Positions 45,102-53,786 of a stretch of 64,000 nucleotides of DNA are shown here, piece by piece. The DNA comes from Spirochaetales bacterium (GTDB lineage: Bacteria > Spirochaetota > Spirochaetia > DSM-27196 > SLST01), in contig JBKHII010000014.1 in NCBI GenBank assembly GCA_046538735.1, positions 291 to 64,290 on the forward strand, in the 5' to 3' direction. Under the pieces are notes generated by a model, which worked only from the letters and a program-made list of their open reading frames with translations, was not told the origin of the DNA and ran no database searches. The position numbers and the translations under genes are program-made. Every line of letters starts with the position of its first letter. The stretch's first letter is position 1.

Positions 45102-47501
45102 ATGACGCCCGTGGCACCACGGACGAACGGCGGACCGGGAAAGATCGCCGTCATCACCGCAGAGCTCAGCGATTCGTATCAGGCCGCTCTCTGGCGCGGC
45201 ATCGCCGACGAAGCCGAGAGGCGCGACCGAACGCTGGTGTGCTTTCTCGGCTCTCGCGTGGACTCACCGATCGAGAGCGAGGCCGCGGCGAACGAGATCT
45301 ACGGCCTTGCGGGGGCGGACAACTTCGACGGGCTGATCGTCATCTCCTCCGCCATCTCCACGTACTCCGATCAGGAGCGCATTCAGGCGCTCTTCGACTC
45401 GTTCGCCGGAATGCCCCGCGTCTCGGTCGGCGTACGGGTCGAAGGCGCGAGCACCGTGCTCGTGGACGGCCGACACGCCGTGCTCGAGACGATCGGACAC
45501 CTCATCGAGCGGCACGATCGAACCCGGATCGCGCTCGTTGCCGGTCCCAGATGGCACCCCGAGTCCGAACAGCGGCGCGGCGCTTTCCTCGAAGCACTCA
45601 GCGCTCACGGCTTGAAGTTCGACGATCGACTCCTGGCTCACGGTACCTTCGAAGCGGACTCCGGTCGCGTCGCCGTTCGAGAGCTCCTCGAACGCGCCGT
45701 CCCCTTCGATTCGCTCGTCTGTCTCAACGATCGCATGGCGCTCGGCGCACTGTCCGAGCTGCGCGCGCACGGGTACGAGGTCCCTCGCGACGTTTCGCTC
45801 GTCGGCTTCGATGGAATCGAGGATACGCTCTACTCAACGCCGCCGCTCACGACGATCTCGCAGCCGCTTCATGAGCTCGGCATCCGGGCGGTCAGAGAGA
45901 TCTACGACCTGCTCGACGGGCGGTCGCCGATGGACGTTGTGCTGCAGTGCAAACCGCTCATCCGCGAATCGTGTGGGTGTCCCGTGACGATGCGGTTCCC
46001 CGTGGAGTCGCGCGTCGATCCTGACTCAGAGTCCCTTGGCGTGAACTCCGTCGCGCCGGAGCAGCTTCGAGCGCTCCTCGCGGGAGGCGATCGTGAAGGG
46101 TTTCTCGATCGGTTCAATGCGGCGCTGACCGAGACGCTCCTTCGCGGCGGGCCGCTCAACCCGTGGACGGACGTACTGGTTTCGCTGCGGTCGTCGTTGT
46201 CGCATGATCGAGGAGAAGAGCGCGTGCTCGATGAGGCGGCGGTCCTGCTCGGCGAGATCAAGGCTCGGTTTCAGGCGCGCAGGCGCATCGTGCACACGGA
46301 GAACGCGCGCCTGCTGCGGGCCGTGGGAATTTCGCTTACCGAGGCGTTCGAGGCGGACGAGCTCGTGCGACGACTCAAGACCGGGCTTGCGAGGCTCGGC
46401 GTCACAGAGGCGTTTCTCGTGGTCTACGGAGACGATCGTCGTGGACGCGACGAGTCCACTCTGCTTCTCTCCGGAAGCCCGCGGCTCGATCGTGGGGAGA
46501 CGGCGACCGACGAGCGGTTCCCGCGATCGCAGGTGCTTCCGGACGGCGTCCTGGAAGCGAGCGAAGGCAAGACGTGGCTTCTCTTTCCCCTCGTCTTCGA
46601 GGATCATGCGTTCGGCTATCTGTTGCTTCCGGGCGGCTATCCGGACGCAGGCATGTACGAGGCGCTGGGAAAGCAGGTGGCGAGCTCGCTCCAGGGAGCG
46701 CTGCTCATGGACACCGTTCGCGAGCACGAGCACAGTCTCGAGCGCGAGGTGGCGCGGCGAACGGATGCGCTGACGCGAGCGAATCGTTCGCTTCGGGTGG
46801 AGGTCGAGAAGCGCACTCGGCTCGAGCGCGAGGTTGCCGAGATCTCCCGTCAGACGATGGAGCGAATCGGTCAGGATCTGCACGACGATCTGTGCCAATA
46901 TCTTGCCGGTGTCTCCATGGAGATCGGGACGCTGGAGGCGATGGTCGCGGCGGGCGACGCCGACGCGGTGGCGAAGGCGGCCCACATTCATCGACTCATC
47001 GGCGACTCGATCGAGCGCGCGAAGGCGATCGTTCGCGGGCTTGTTCCCGCGCGATTGCGCGAGGACGGGCTGTTGGCCGCGGTTCGCACGATCGCGGATG
47101 CCGTTCGTCAGAGCAGCGGACTGACGATCCATATCTCGGACTCGGAGGAGTCGCGCGATGCAGCGGCGCGGATCGAGCCGGAGCGCGCGCTCGAGCTCTA
47201 CCGGATCGTCCAGGAGGCGCTGAACAACTCCGTCCGCCATTCGGGTTGTTCGCGGGTGGAGATCCGCTTCGTTTCGAGACGGCGAGACGACGGGCAGGTT
47301 GGGTTGTCGATAGTCGTGAGCGACGACGGGAAGGGAATCGATCGGGAGACGAACGGCACGGGCATGGGCCTGCGCATCATGCGTTACCGCGCGCAGGCTG
47401 CGGACGCGTCGCTCTCGATCGAGCCCGACGCTACGGGAACGACGGTGAGGTGCGACCTCGTGGTTCCGAGCGAAGGAGTCCGAGATTGGAACGCTTCATA
47501 G
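45102..47501 (+). CDS. Soluble hybrid sensor: LacI-type sugar-binding core + GAF-like region + HisKA_3/HATPase_c histidine kinase
   Basis: Residues 1-300 read as a LacI effector domain without the HTH (VCLNDRMALGALSELRAHGYEVPRDVSLVGFDGIEDTLYSTPPLTTISQP). H-box RIGQDLHDDLCQYLAG. ATPase motifs NNSVRHSG and DDGKGI...GMGLRIM. No TM segment seen. Confidence 0.85.
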   Translation: MTPVAPRTNGGPGKIAVITAELSDSYQAALWRGIADEAERRDRTLVCFLGSRVDSPIESEAAANEIYGLAGADNFDGLIVISSAISTYSDQERIQALFDSFAGMPRVSVGVRVEGASTVLVDGRHAVLETIGHLIERHDRTRIALVAGPRWHPESEQRRGAFLEALSAHGLKFDDRLLAHGTFEADSGRVAVRELLERAVPFDSLVCLNDRMALGALSELRAHGYEVPRDVSLVGFDGIEDTLYSTPPLTTISQPLHELGIRAVREIYDLLDGRSPMDVVLQCKPLIRESCGCPVTMRFPVESRVDPDSESLGVNSVAPEQLRALLAGGDREGFLDRFNAALTETLLRGGPLNPWTDVLVSLRSSLSHDRGEERVLDEAAVLLGEIKARFQARRRIVHTENARLLRAVGISLTEAFEADELVRRLKTGLARLGVTEAFLVVYGDDRRGRDESTLLLSGSPRLDRGETATDERFPRSQVLPDGVLEASEGKTWLLFPLVFEDHAFGYLLLPGGYPDAGMYEALGKQVASSLQGALLMDTVREHEHSLEREVARRTDALTRANRSLRVEVEKRTRLEREVAEISRQTMERIGQDLHDDLCQYLAGVSMEIGTLEAMVAAGDADAVAKAAHIHRLIGDSIERAKAIVRGLVPARLREDGLLAAVRTIADAVRQSSGLTIHISDSEESRDAAARIEPERALELYRIVQEALNNSVRHSGCSRVEIRFVSRRRDDGQVGLSIVVSDDGKGIDRETNGTGMGLRIMRYRAQAADASLSIEPDATGTTVRCDLVVPSEGVRDWNAS

Positions 47502-48133
47502 TCATAGACGACCATCCCATCTTCCGGCAGGGCCTGGTCTCGCTCATCGAGAGCAATCCGTCGTACAAGGTGATCGCCGAGGCGGGAACCATGGACGATG
47601 CGCTGGATGCGCTCGCGAAGCACGACGTGGATATCGCGCTCGTGGACATCACGCTCGAAGAGGGGAACGGGATCGATCTGATCCGTCAGATGCGATCGGC
47701 GTACCCGGACGTACCGGTCCTCGTCGTGACGATGCACGACGAGATCGTCTACGCAGAGCGAGTACTGCGGGCAGGTGCCCGAGGGCTCGTCATGAAGCAG
47801 CAGCCGCCCTCGACCGTCGTCCAGGCGATTCGTACGGTGCTCTCCGGACGCGTCTACCTCTCCGAACAGATGAACGCCCGCATGCTCGAGGCAATGTTCT
47901 CCGAGCCGAAGGCCGAACAGGCGCCGCTCGTGGACCGTCTGAGCGAACGCGAGCTCGAGGTCTTCGAGTACATCGGGCAGGGATACGGCGTCGCCGAAAT
48001 CGCCGAGATTCTGAACCTCTCCGCGAAGACCGTTCATACGTATCGTGACCACCTGAAGGAGAAACTGCAGCTCGGCAGCGCGTCCGAGCTGCGTCGATTC
48101 GCGATCAAGTGGCACCAATCCGGCCACGCATAG
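47486..48133 (+). CDS. NarL/LuxR-family response regulator
   Basis: TTG start overlapping the kinase 3' end. Receiver FIVIDDHPIF...ALVDITL. LuxR HTH LSERELEVFEYIGQGYGVAEIAEILNLSAKTVHTYR. Confidence 0.9.
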   Translation: MERFIVIDDHPIFRQGLVSLIESNPSYKVIAEAGTMDDALDALAKHDVDIALVDITLEEGNGIDLIRQMRSAYPDVPVLVVTMHDEIVYAERVLRAGARGLVMKQQPPSTVVQAIRTVLSGRVYLSEQMNARMLEAMFSEPKAEQAPLVDRLSERELEVFEYIGQGYGVAEIAEILNLSAKTVHTYRDHLKEKLQLGSASELRRFAIKWHQSGHA

Positions 48134-48152
48134 GTGAATTTACCGACCCATT

Positions 48153-48168
48153 ATTCCGCGATTCCGCT
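48153..48168. promoter_or_regulatory. Tandem 8-bp direct repeat, candidate response-regulator site
   Basis: ATTCCGCG immediately followed by ATTCCGCT, in the 110-bp gap between the regulator gene and the sugar SBP gene. Confidence 0.25.
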
Positions 48169-48243
48169 CCTATCGTATCCGCCCAAGTGGGCCTACCCTG
48201 AGCGAGCAATTGGTCTCGGAACCTACACCTGAAGGAGGTATCT

Positions 48244-49539
48244 ATGAAAGTAGCACGACGACTACTCGTTGCTGCGGTGCTTCTGCTCGTCTCGGCCGGA
48301 TTCGTGTTCGGCAATGCGCAGGCGGAAGAAGAGGACGACGACGAGGTTGCGATCTCGTGGTGGGCACTCTCGGGCGGCGGCGGTGGTGAGGACACGCGTA
48401 CGACATTGCGTGAGTCCATCATTGCCGACTACGAACAGGCGAATCCGGACGTGGCGATCGCGCTGACGATGCTCGAGAACGAAGCGTTCAAGCAGAAGGT
48501 TCAGGTCGCGATTCAGGCGGGCGATCCGCCCGACATGTTCCACTCGTGGGGCGGCGGCGTCATGGTCGAGTACGCGCAGGCGGGCCAGCTCCGCGACATC
48601 ACCGACTTCGTTGAGAGCACGCTCTCGCAGAAGATCGGCATTGGCGCGCTCGGCGTCTACGGCTACGAGGGCCGCTACTACGGCTCGCCGTACGACATGG
48701 GCGGGGTCGGTATGTGGTACAACCAGGCGATCTTCGAGGAAGTCGGTATCGACGTTCCTGAGACCTGGGACGACCTGCTCAGCGCCGTTGAGGCGATCAA
48801 GGACGAGGGCTACGTGCCCATCGCGCTCGGCGCAGGCGATCGATGGCCCGCGCACTTCTGGTGGACCTATCTCGCGATGAGAATCGGCGGCCAGCCGGCG
48901 TTCAACTCGGCGTACGGCGGCGACGGATCGTTCGCCGATTCCACCTTCGTGCAGGCCGGCGAGTACATGGAAGAGCTTGCGGCACTCGAGCCGTTCCAGA
49001 CGGGCTATCTCGGCGCGACCTACGACGACCAGGCCGCCCTCATGGGTAACGGCGAGGCGGCGATGGAGCTGATGGGCCAGTGGGCCCCGGCGACGGAAGC
49101 CTCGAACTCCTCGAGCGGCGAGGGTATCGGCGACGACCTCGGTTGGTTCTCGTTCCCGAGCGTTGAAGGCGGAGTCGGCGAGAACTCGGACGTCCTGGGC
49201 GGCGGTAACGGCTACGTGATCGGTGCGAATGCGCCGGACGAGACGCTCGATTTCCTGGACTTCTTCCTGAGCCCCGAGTACAACATGGAGCTTGTGGATG
49301 TTGAAAGCATCGTGCCGGTCGTGGCCGGTGCGGAAGAGGCCCTCGCCGGCAATCCGCATTCACAGCGTATTGCTCAGGCCGTCGCTTCGGCGGAGTACTT
49401 CCAGCTCTACTACGACCAGTTCCTTCCGCCGGCAGTCGGCGAGACGGTCAAGGACGCGGTCGTTGCGCTGCTCGCCGAGCAGGCGACTCCTGAGGAGGCC
49501 GCTCAGATGGTCGAGGATTCCTGGCAGGCGGAGCAGTAA
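48244..49539 (+). CDS. Sugar ABC transporter substrate-binding protein (family 1, CUT1-type)
   Basis: Signal peptide ending FGNAQAEEE, GAAGGAGG RBS, typical extracellular solute-binding family 1 layout. Confidence 0.9.
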   Translation: MKVARRLLVAAVLLLVSAGFVFGNAQAEEEDDDEVAISWWALSGGGGGEDTRTTLRESIIADYEQANPDVAIALTMLENEAFKQKVQVAIQAGDPPDMFHSWGGGVMVEYAQAGQLRDITDFVESTLSQKIGIGALGVYGYEGRYYGSPYDMGGVGMWYNQAIFEEVGIDVPETWDDLLSAVEAIKDEGYVPIALGAGDRWPAHFWWTYLAMRIGGQPAFNSAYGGDGSFADSTFVQAGEYMEELAALEPFQTGYLGATYDDQAALMGNGEAAMELMGQWAPATEASNSSSGEGIGDDLGWFSFPSVEGGVGENSDVLGGGNGYVIGANAPDETLDFLDFFLSPEYNMELVDVESIVPVVAGAEEALAGNPHSQRIAQAVASAEYFQLYYDQFLPPAVGETVKDAVVALLAEQATPEEAAQMVEDSWQAEQ

Positions 49540-49566
49540 GCGCTCAGCTTGTGGAATTGAGACTTG

Positions 49567-49600
49567 CGGGGGAGGCGGCGTTGCCGCCTCCCCCGGTTTT
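49567..49600 (+). terminator. Strong hairpin plus short T-tract between SBP and permease genes (intra-operon attenuator/terminator)
   Basis: 13-bp perfect GC-rich stem CGGGGGAGGCGGC / GCCGCCTCCCCCG with a 3-nt loop, followed by GTTTT. Lies 15 nt before the permease start. Confidence 0.5.
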
Positions 49601-49614
49601 GATGAGGTAGCTTG

Positions 49615-50520
49615 ATGGCATCCAGTCCCTCGCTCCGTAGATCCGGAAGAGAGGCAGCGCTCGCGCTCTTGCTTGTTGCGCCGGCGTTGGTTCTGTTCCT
49701 GCTCTTCGTCGTAATCCCCGTCATCCAGGCGGGATACTACTCGTTCTTCAACTGGAACGGGATCGGCCCGGCCACGAACTTCCTGGGGTTCGGGAACTTC
49801 CGGAGGATGTTCTCCGATCGCGTGTTCCACACTGCGCTCAGGAACACGCTCCTCGTCATCGGGGTATCAATCGTCATCCAGTTGCCGCTTGCGTTCTTTC
49901 TCGCGTTGCTCGTCGGGCGCAAACGCACGCCGGGCGAATCGGTATTTCGAAGCGTCTATTTCTTTCCCTACGTCCTGGCGGAGATCGTGACCGGGATCAT
50001 CTGGCGCTTCATCTACCATCCAAGGTTCGGGGTCCCCACGGTGCTCGCGAGCGCCTTCTCGGGTGTTCAGACGCAGGTCGGGATCCTCGGCGATCCGGAC
50101 ATCGCGTTCTTCGGGGTCCTGGGAGTGATCGTCTGGAAGTACCTCGGATTCCACATGATCCTTTACATCGCCGGTCTCCAGGGGGTCTCGAAGGATCTTG
50201 AAGACGCCGCGGTCGTGGATGGGGCCAACAACGTGCAGATCGTCCGGCACGTGATCATTCCTTCCATTCGGAACACGATCATCATCTCGTTCTTCCTCTC
50301 GGTGATCGGCTCGTTCAACGTGTTCGACGTCGTGTGGGCGCTCGGGCAGGGTGGGCCGGTCCATTCGACCGAGACCCTCGTCACGTACCTCTACAACTTC
50401 GGGTTCCGGCGGTTCGCGTTCGGCTACGGCAGCGCGGTCGCTGTCGTGATCTTCGGGTTGTGCTTCATCTTCAACTTCTTCTACCAGCGATATGTCGTGA
50501 GGAGCCAGGCAAATGGCTAG
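49615..50520 (+). CDS. Sugar ABC transporter permease (MalF/UgpA-type)
   Basis: 6 TM segments and an EAA loop (ILYIAGLQGVSKDLEDAAVVDGA). Confidence 0.9.
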   Translation: MASSPSLRRSGREAALALLLVAPALVLFLLFVVIPVIQAGYYSFFNWNGIGPATNFLGFGNFRRMFSDRVFHTALRNTLLVIGVSIVIQLPLAFFLALLVGRKRTPGESVFRSVYFFPYVLAEIVTGIIWRFIYHPRFGVPTVLASAFSGVQTQVGILGDPDIAFFGVLGVIVWKYLGFHMILYIAGLQGVSKDLEDAAVVDGANNVQIVRHVIIPSIRNTIIISFFLSVIGSFNVFDVVWALGQGGPVHSTETLVTYLYNFGFRRFAFGYGSAVAVVIFGLCFIFNFFYQRYVVRSQANG

Positions 50521-51382
50521 CCAGAGCAGTACCGGTCGAACGAGACTCCTCGAGAACAAGATCGAGATCACGCCCATCATCCGTGTCGTGCTCGCGCTCG
50601 CGGCCGGCGTGGTGATGTTCTTCCCGCTCTACGTGAACCTGATCGGAAGCTTCAAGACCAACGGCCAGATCCTGGCCGAACCGTTCGGAATTCCGAGCCC
50701 AATCAACCTGGAGCCGTTCAGCATCATCCTCTCCAGGTCCGGCGAGTTCTGGACCTTCTTCTACAACTCGGTGATTATTGGCGCGTCTACGATCCTCGTG
50801 ACGCTTTTCTGTGCGATGTCCGCGGGCGTCGCGCTGACGCGGTTGCACTTCCGCGGGCGCACGCTGCTCTTCAACTTCTTCATCATGGGTCTCCTCTTTC
50901 CGCTCACCGTCGCGATCCTGCCGCTCTACCTGCAGCTCCGGAACTTCGGGTTGACCGGGTCGCGCCTGGGCGTCATCCTCGCGGAGGCCGCATTTCAGCT
51001 CCCGCTCAGCATCTTCATCTTCGCCGGGTTTTTCCGCGACGTGCCGTGGGAACTCCAGGACGCGGTTAACATAGATGGAGGCGGCATCATCACCTTCGCC
51101 GTACGCGTCCTCGCGCCGATCTCGGCCCCGGTCGTCACGACCGTGACGATCATCACCTTGATTATGAGCTGGAACCAGTTCCTCCTGCCGTTGATCGTGT
51201 TGAGCGACCAGGAGACGTTCACGATTCCACTCGGGGTGATGCAGTTCCAGGGGCAGTTCACGACGGGCTGGAACTACATCATGGCGTTCATCACGCTGGC
51301 GATCATACCGATGCTGCTGCTCTACATTTTCCTGCAACGGTACATCGTGGCCGGATTGACCGCGGGCGCGACGAAGGGGTAA
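50513..51382 (+). CDS. Sugar ABC transporter permease (MalG/UgpE-type)
   Basis: 6 TM segments and an EAA loop (FRDVPWELQDAVNIDGG). Its start overlaps the upstream stop. Confidence 0.9.
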   Translation: MASQSSTGRTRLLENKIEITPIIRVVLALAAGVVMFFPLYVNLIGSFKTNGQILAEPFGIPSPINLEPFSIILSRSGEFWTFFYNSVIIGASTILVTLFCAMSAGVALTRLHFRGRTLLFNFFIMGLLFPLTVAILPLYLQLRNFGLTGSRLGVILAEAAFQLPLSIFIFAGFFRDVPWELQDAVNIDGGGIITFAVRVLAPISAPVVTTVTIITLIMSWNQFLLPLIVLSDQETFTIPLGVMQFQGQFTTGWNYIMAFITLAIIPMLLLYIFLQRYIVAGLTAGATKG

Positions 51383-51385
51383 TCA

Positions 51386-53779
51386 ATGGCTTTCGATCCG
51401 AAGACGCAACCGCTCAACGGAGATCACCACGACCGAGCGACGGCGTTGCTTCGTCAGATGACGATCGACGAGAAGGTCGCGCAGCTGCACTCCATCTGGC
51501 TTTCGATCGGTGACGACGGTACGCTTCACGTGAAGGTCCTTTCCGGTCCGAGCCCCACGGACGCGAGCATCGATCCGTGGGAGCGAATGAAGCACGGCAT
51601 AGGCCAGATCACGCGCCCTCTCGGAAGCCGACCGATCTCCCCCGAAAAGGGCGTTGAGGCGGTGAACCGAATTCAACGATTTCTCGTAGAGAAGACTCGG
51701 CTCGGGATCCCGGCACTTCCGCACGAGGAGTGTCTTGCGGGGCTGATGGCATCCGGTGCGACGCTCTTTCCGGCCGGAATAAACAACGGCGCGATGTGGG
51801 ACGACGATCTCGTGCAACGGATCGCCGCCGCGATCGGCAGCGAGCTGTACTCGGTGGGTGCACGACAGGGACTCGCCCCCGTGCTTGACGTGTGTCGCGA
51901 CGCGCGATGGGGGAGGACTGAGGAGTGTCTGGGCGAGGATCCGTACCTCGTCGGCGTACTCGCGTCGGCGTACGTTCGTGGCCTGCAGGGAACGGACGAT
52001 CGCCTGACTGCGACGCTCAAACACTATGTGGGTCACTCGCTGAGCGAAGGCGCGCGGAATCACGCGCCGGTGAGGATCGGGGCGCGAGAGCTTCGCGATG
52101 TTTTCCTCCTGCCGTTCGAGATGGCGGTGAAGGAGGCAGGCGCGGGCTCAGTCATGCCGGCGTACCACGATCTGGACGGCGTCCCGCTGCACGAATCGAA
52201 GGAATACCTCACGCAGGTTCTTCGAGAGGAGTGGGGGTTCGACGGTACGGTCGTCTCCGACTACGAGGGAATCGTCCAGCTCCATAGCGATCACCGTACG
52301 CGAGCAGATATCGAAGGAGCGGCGATCGGCGCGCTCGAGGCAGGCGTGGACGTGGAGCTCCCTGCGGATACGGTCTTCGCGAACGGGATCAAGAGCGCGC
52401 TCGAGAAGGGTACGCTCGACCCGGCGCTCGTGGACCGCGCCGTCATGCGCGTGCTCGTCCAGAAGTCCAGGCTCGGTCTCTTCGACAATCCGTACGCACC
52501 GGAGGGACCGATCAGGCTCAACGCGCCCGAGCACGTTCGGCTCGCGCGCGAGGCGGCGCAGAAGTCGATCGTGCTGTTGAAGAACGATGGGCGACTCCCA
52601 CTCGATCAAAACCAAAGGATCGCGCTCGTGGGACCGCTCGCAGACGATCCGCTTTGCATGCTCGGGGGCTACTCCTTCCCCGTCCACTTGATTATCGCCG
52701 GTTCGGAGCGCGCGACGCTGCCGCTTCGCACGCTTCGCGAGGAACTCGGTGACCAGATCGCCAACCTCGCGTACGCGAAGGGGTGCGACGTGCTTACCGA
52801 GCGCCCGAAGGAGGCCGCCGTCTTCCCGGGTGAGATCGGGCTCGAGGGAAGCAGCCAGAAATCGTACATCAGCTACGACCGTTCCGGCCTTCCGGCCGCC
52901 GTGGAAGCCGTTCGGGACGCCGATTGCGTCATCCTCGCGGTGGGAGACCTGGCCGGGCTCTTCCTTACGGGTACCGTGGGCGAGGGTTCGGATACCACGT
53001 CGCTCGCGTTGCCGGGCGTGCAGATGGAGCTCATGGAGGCGATGCTCGATACCGGCAAACCGGTCGTGATTGTGGTCATGAGCGGTCGGCCGTACAATCT
53101 GGGTCGCGGTTTTGCCGAAGCCGCCGCGGTCGTTCAAGCGTGGCTTCCGGGGCAGGAGGGTCCTGCGGCGATAACGGACGTCTTGTTCGGGCGCGCGAAT
53201 CCGGGCGCAAAGCTTCCCGTATCGATCCCACGGTCCGCCGGCGCGATGCCGTTCTTCTACAACTACAAGGTGAAGTCCGCCGGGACGCCGATCCAGCCCA
53301 ACTTCGGATCGGTCTTTCCCTTTGGCTACGGACTGAGCTATACCCGGTTCAGCGTGGACGGCTTCTCGCTCGCGGAGCGGACCGTGCAGACGGACGGGAC
53401 GATCGAGGTTTCGTGCCGGGTCACGAACATCGGCGACCGGACCGGAGACGAGGTTGTGCAACTCTACACCCGGGACCTTTACGCTCGGCTCGTGCGGCCG
53501 GTGATGGAGCTCAAGGGCTTCCGGCGCGTGCGCCTCGAGCCGGGTGAGGCGACGCGCCTCACGTTCAGGGTCCCGTGCGACATGCTGAGCTATACGCTGC
53601 GAGACAATCAGCGGGTGGTCGAGCCGGGCGAGTTCGAGATCATGGTCGGGACCTCGAGCAAAGACATACACTACCGGGAGACGGTCGTCGTGGAAGGACT
53701 ACTGCGCACGCTCGGATCCCGGTGGCGAATGATGTGCGACGTTATGGAGACGAAGGAGCCGAACGAACGTACCTTCTAG
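51386..53779 (+). CDS. Glycoside hydrolase family 3 beta-glucosidase
   Basis: GFDGTVVSDY nucleophile region, KHYVGHS, and a C-terminal Fn3-like domain (ELKGFRRVRLEPGE). No signal peptide. Confidence 0.95.
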   Translation: MAFDPKTQPLNGDHHDRATALLRQMTIDEKVAQLHSIWLSIGDDGTLHVKVLSGPSPTDASIDPWERMKHGIGQITRPLGSRPISPEKGVEAVNRIQRFLVEKTRLGIPALPHEECLAGLMASGATLFPAGINNGAMWDDDLVQRIAAAIGSELYSVGARQGLAPVLDVCRDARWGRTEECLGEDPYLVGVLASAYVRGLQGTDDRLTATLKHYVGHSLSEGARNHAPVRIGARELRDVFLLPFEMAVKEAGAGSVMPAYHDLDGVPLHESKEYLTQVLREEWGFDGTVVSDYEGIVQLHSDHRTRADIEGAAIGALEAGVDVELPADTVFANGIKSALEKGTLDPALVDRAVMRVLVQKSRLGLFDNPYAPEGPIRLNAPEHVRLAREAAQKSIVLLKNDGRLPLDQNQRIALVGPLADDPLCMLGGYSFPVHLIIAGSERATLPLRTLREELGDQIANLAYAKGCDVLTERPKEAAVFPGEIGLEGSSQKSYISYDRSGLPAAVEAVRDADCVILAVGDLAGLFLTGTVGEGSDTTSLALPGVQMELMEAMLDTGKPVVIVVMSGRPYNLGRGFAEAAAVVQAWLPGQEGPAAITDVLFGRANPGAKLPVSIPRSAGAMPFFYNYKVKSAGTPIQPNFGSVFPFGYGLSYTRFSVDGFSLAERTVQTDGTIEVSCRVTNIGDRTGDEVVQLYTRDLYARLVRPVMELKGFRRVRLEPGEATRLTFRVPCDMLSYTLRDNQRVVEPGEFEIMVGTSSKDIHYRETVVVEGLLRTLGSRWRMMCDVMETKEPNERTF

Positions 53780-53786
53780 TCTGTAC

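Noticed and set aside
46574-48133. 519-aa ORF suggesting a large protein overlapping the histidine kinase
   Set aside because: Only the last 215 codons, from the TTG at 47486, read as a protein (the NarL-type response regulator). The upstream part is an off-frame Arg/Gly-rich read-through of the kinase gene.
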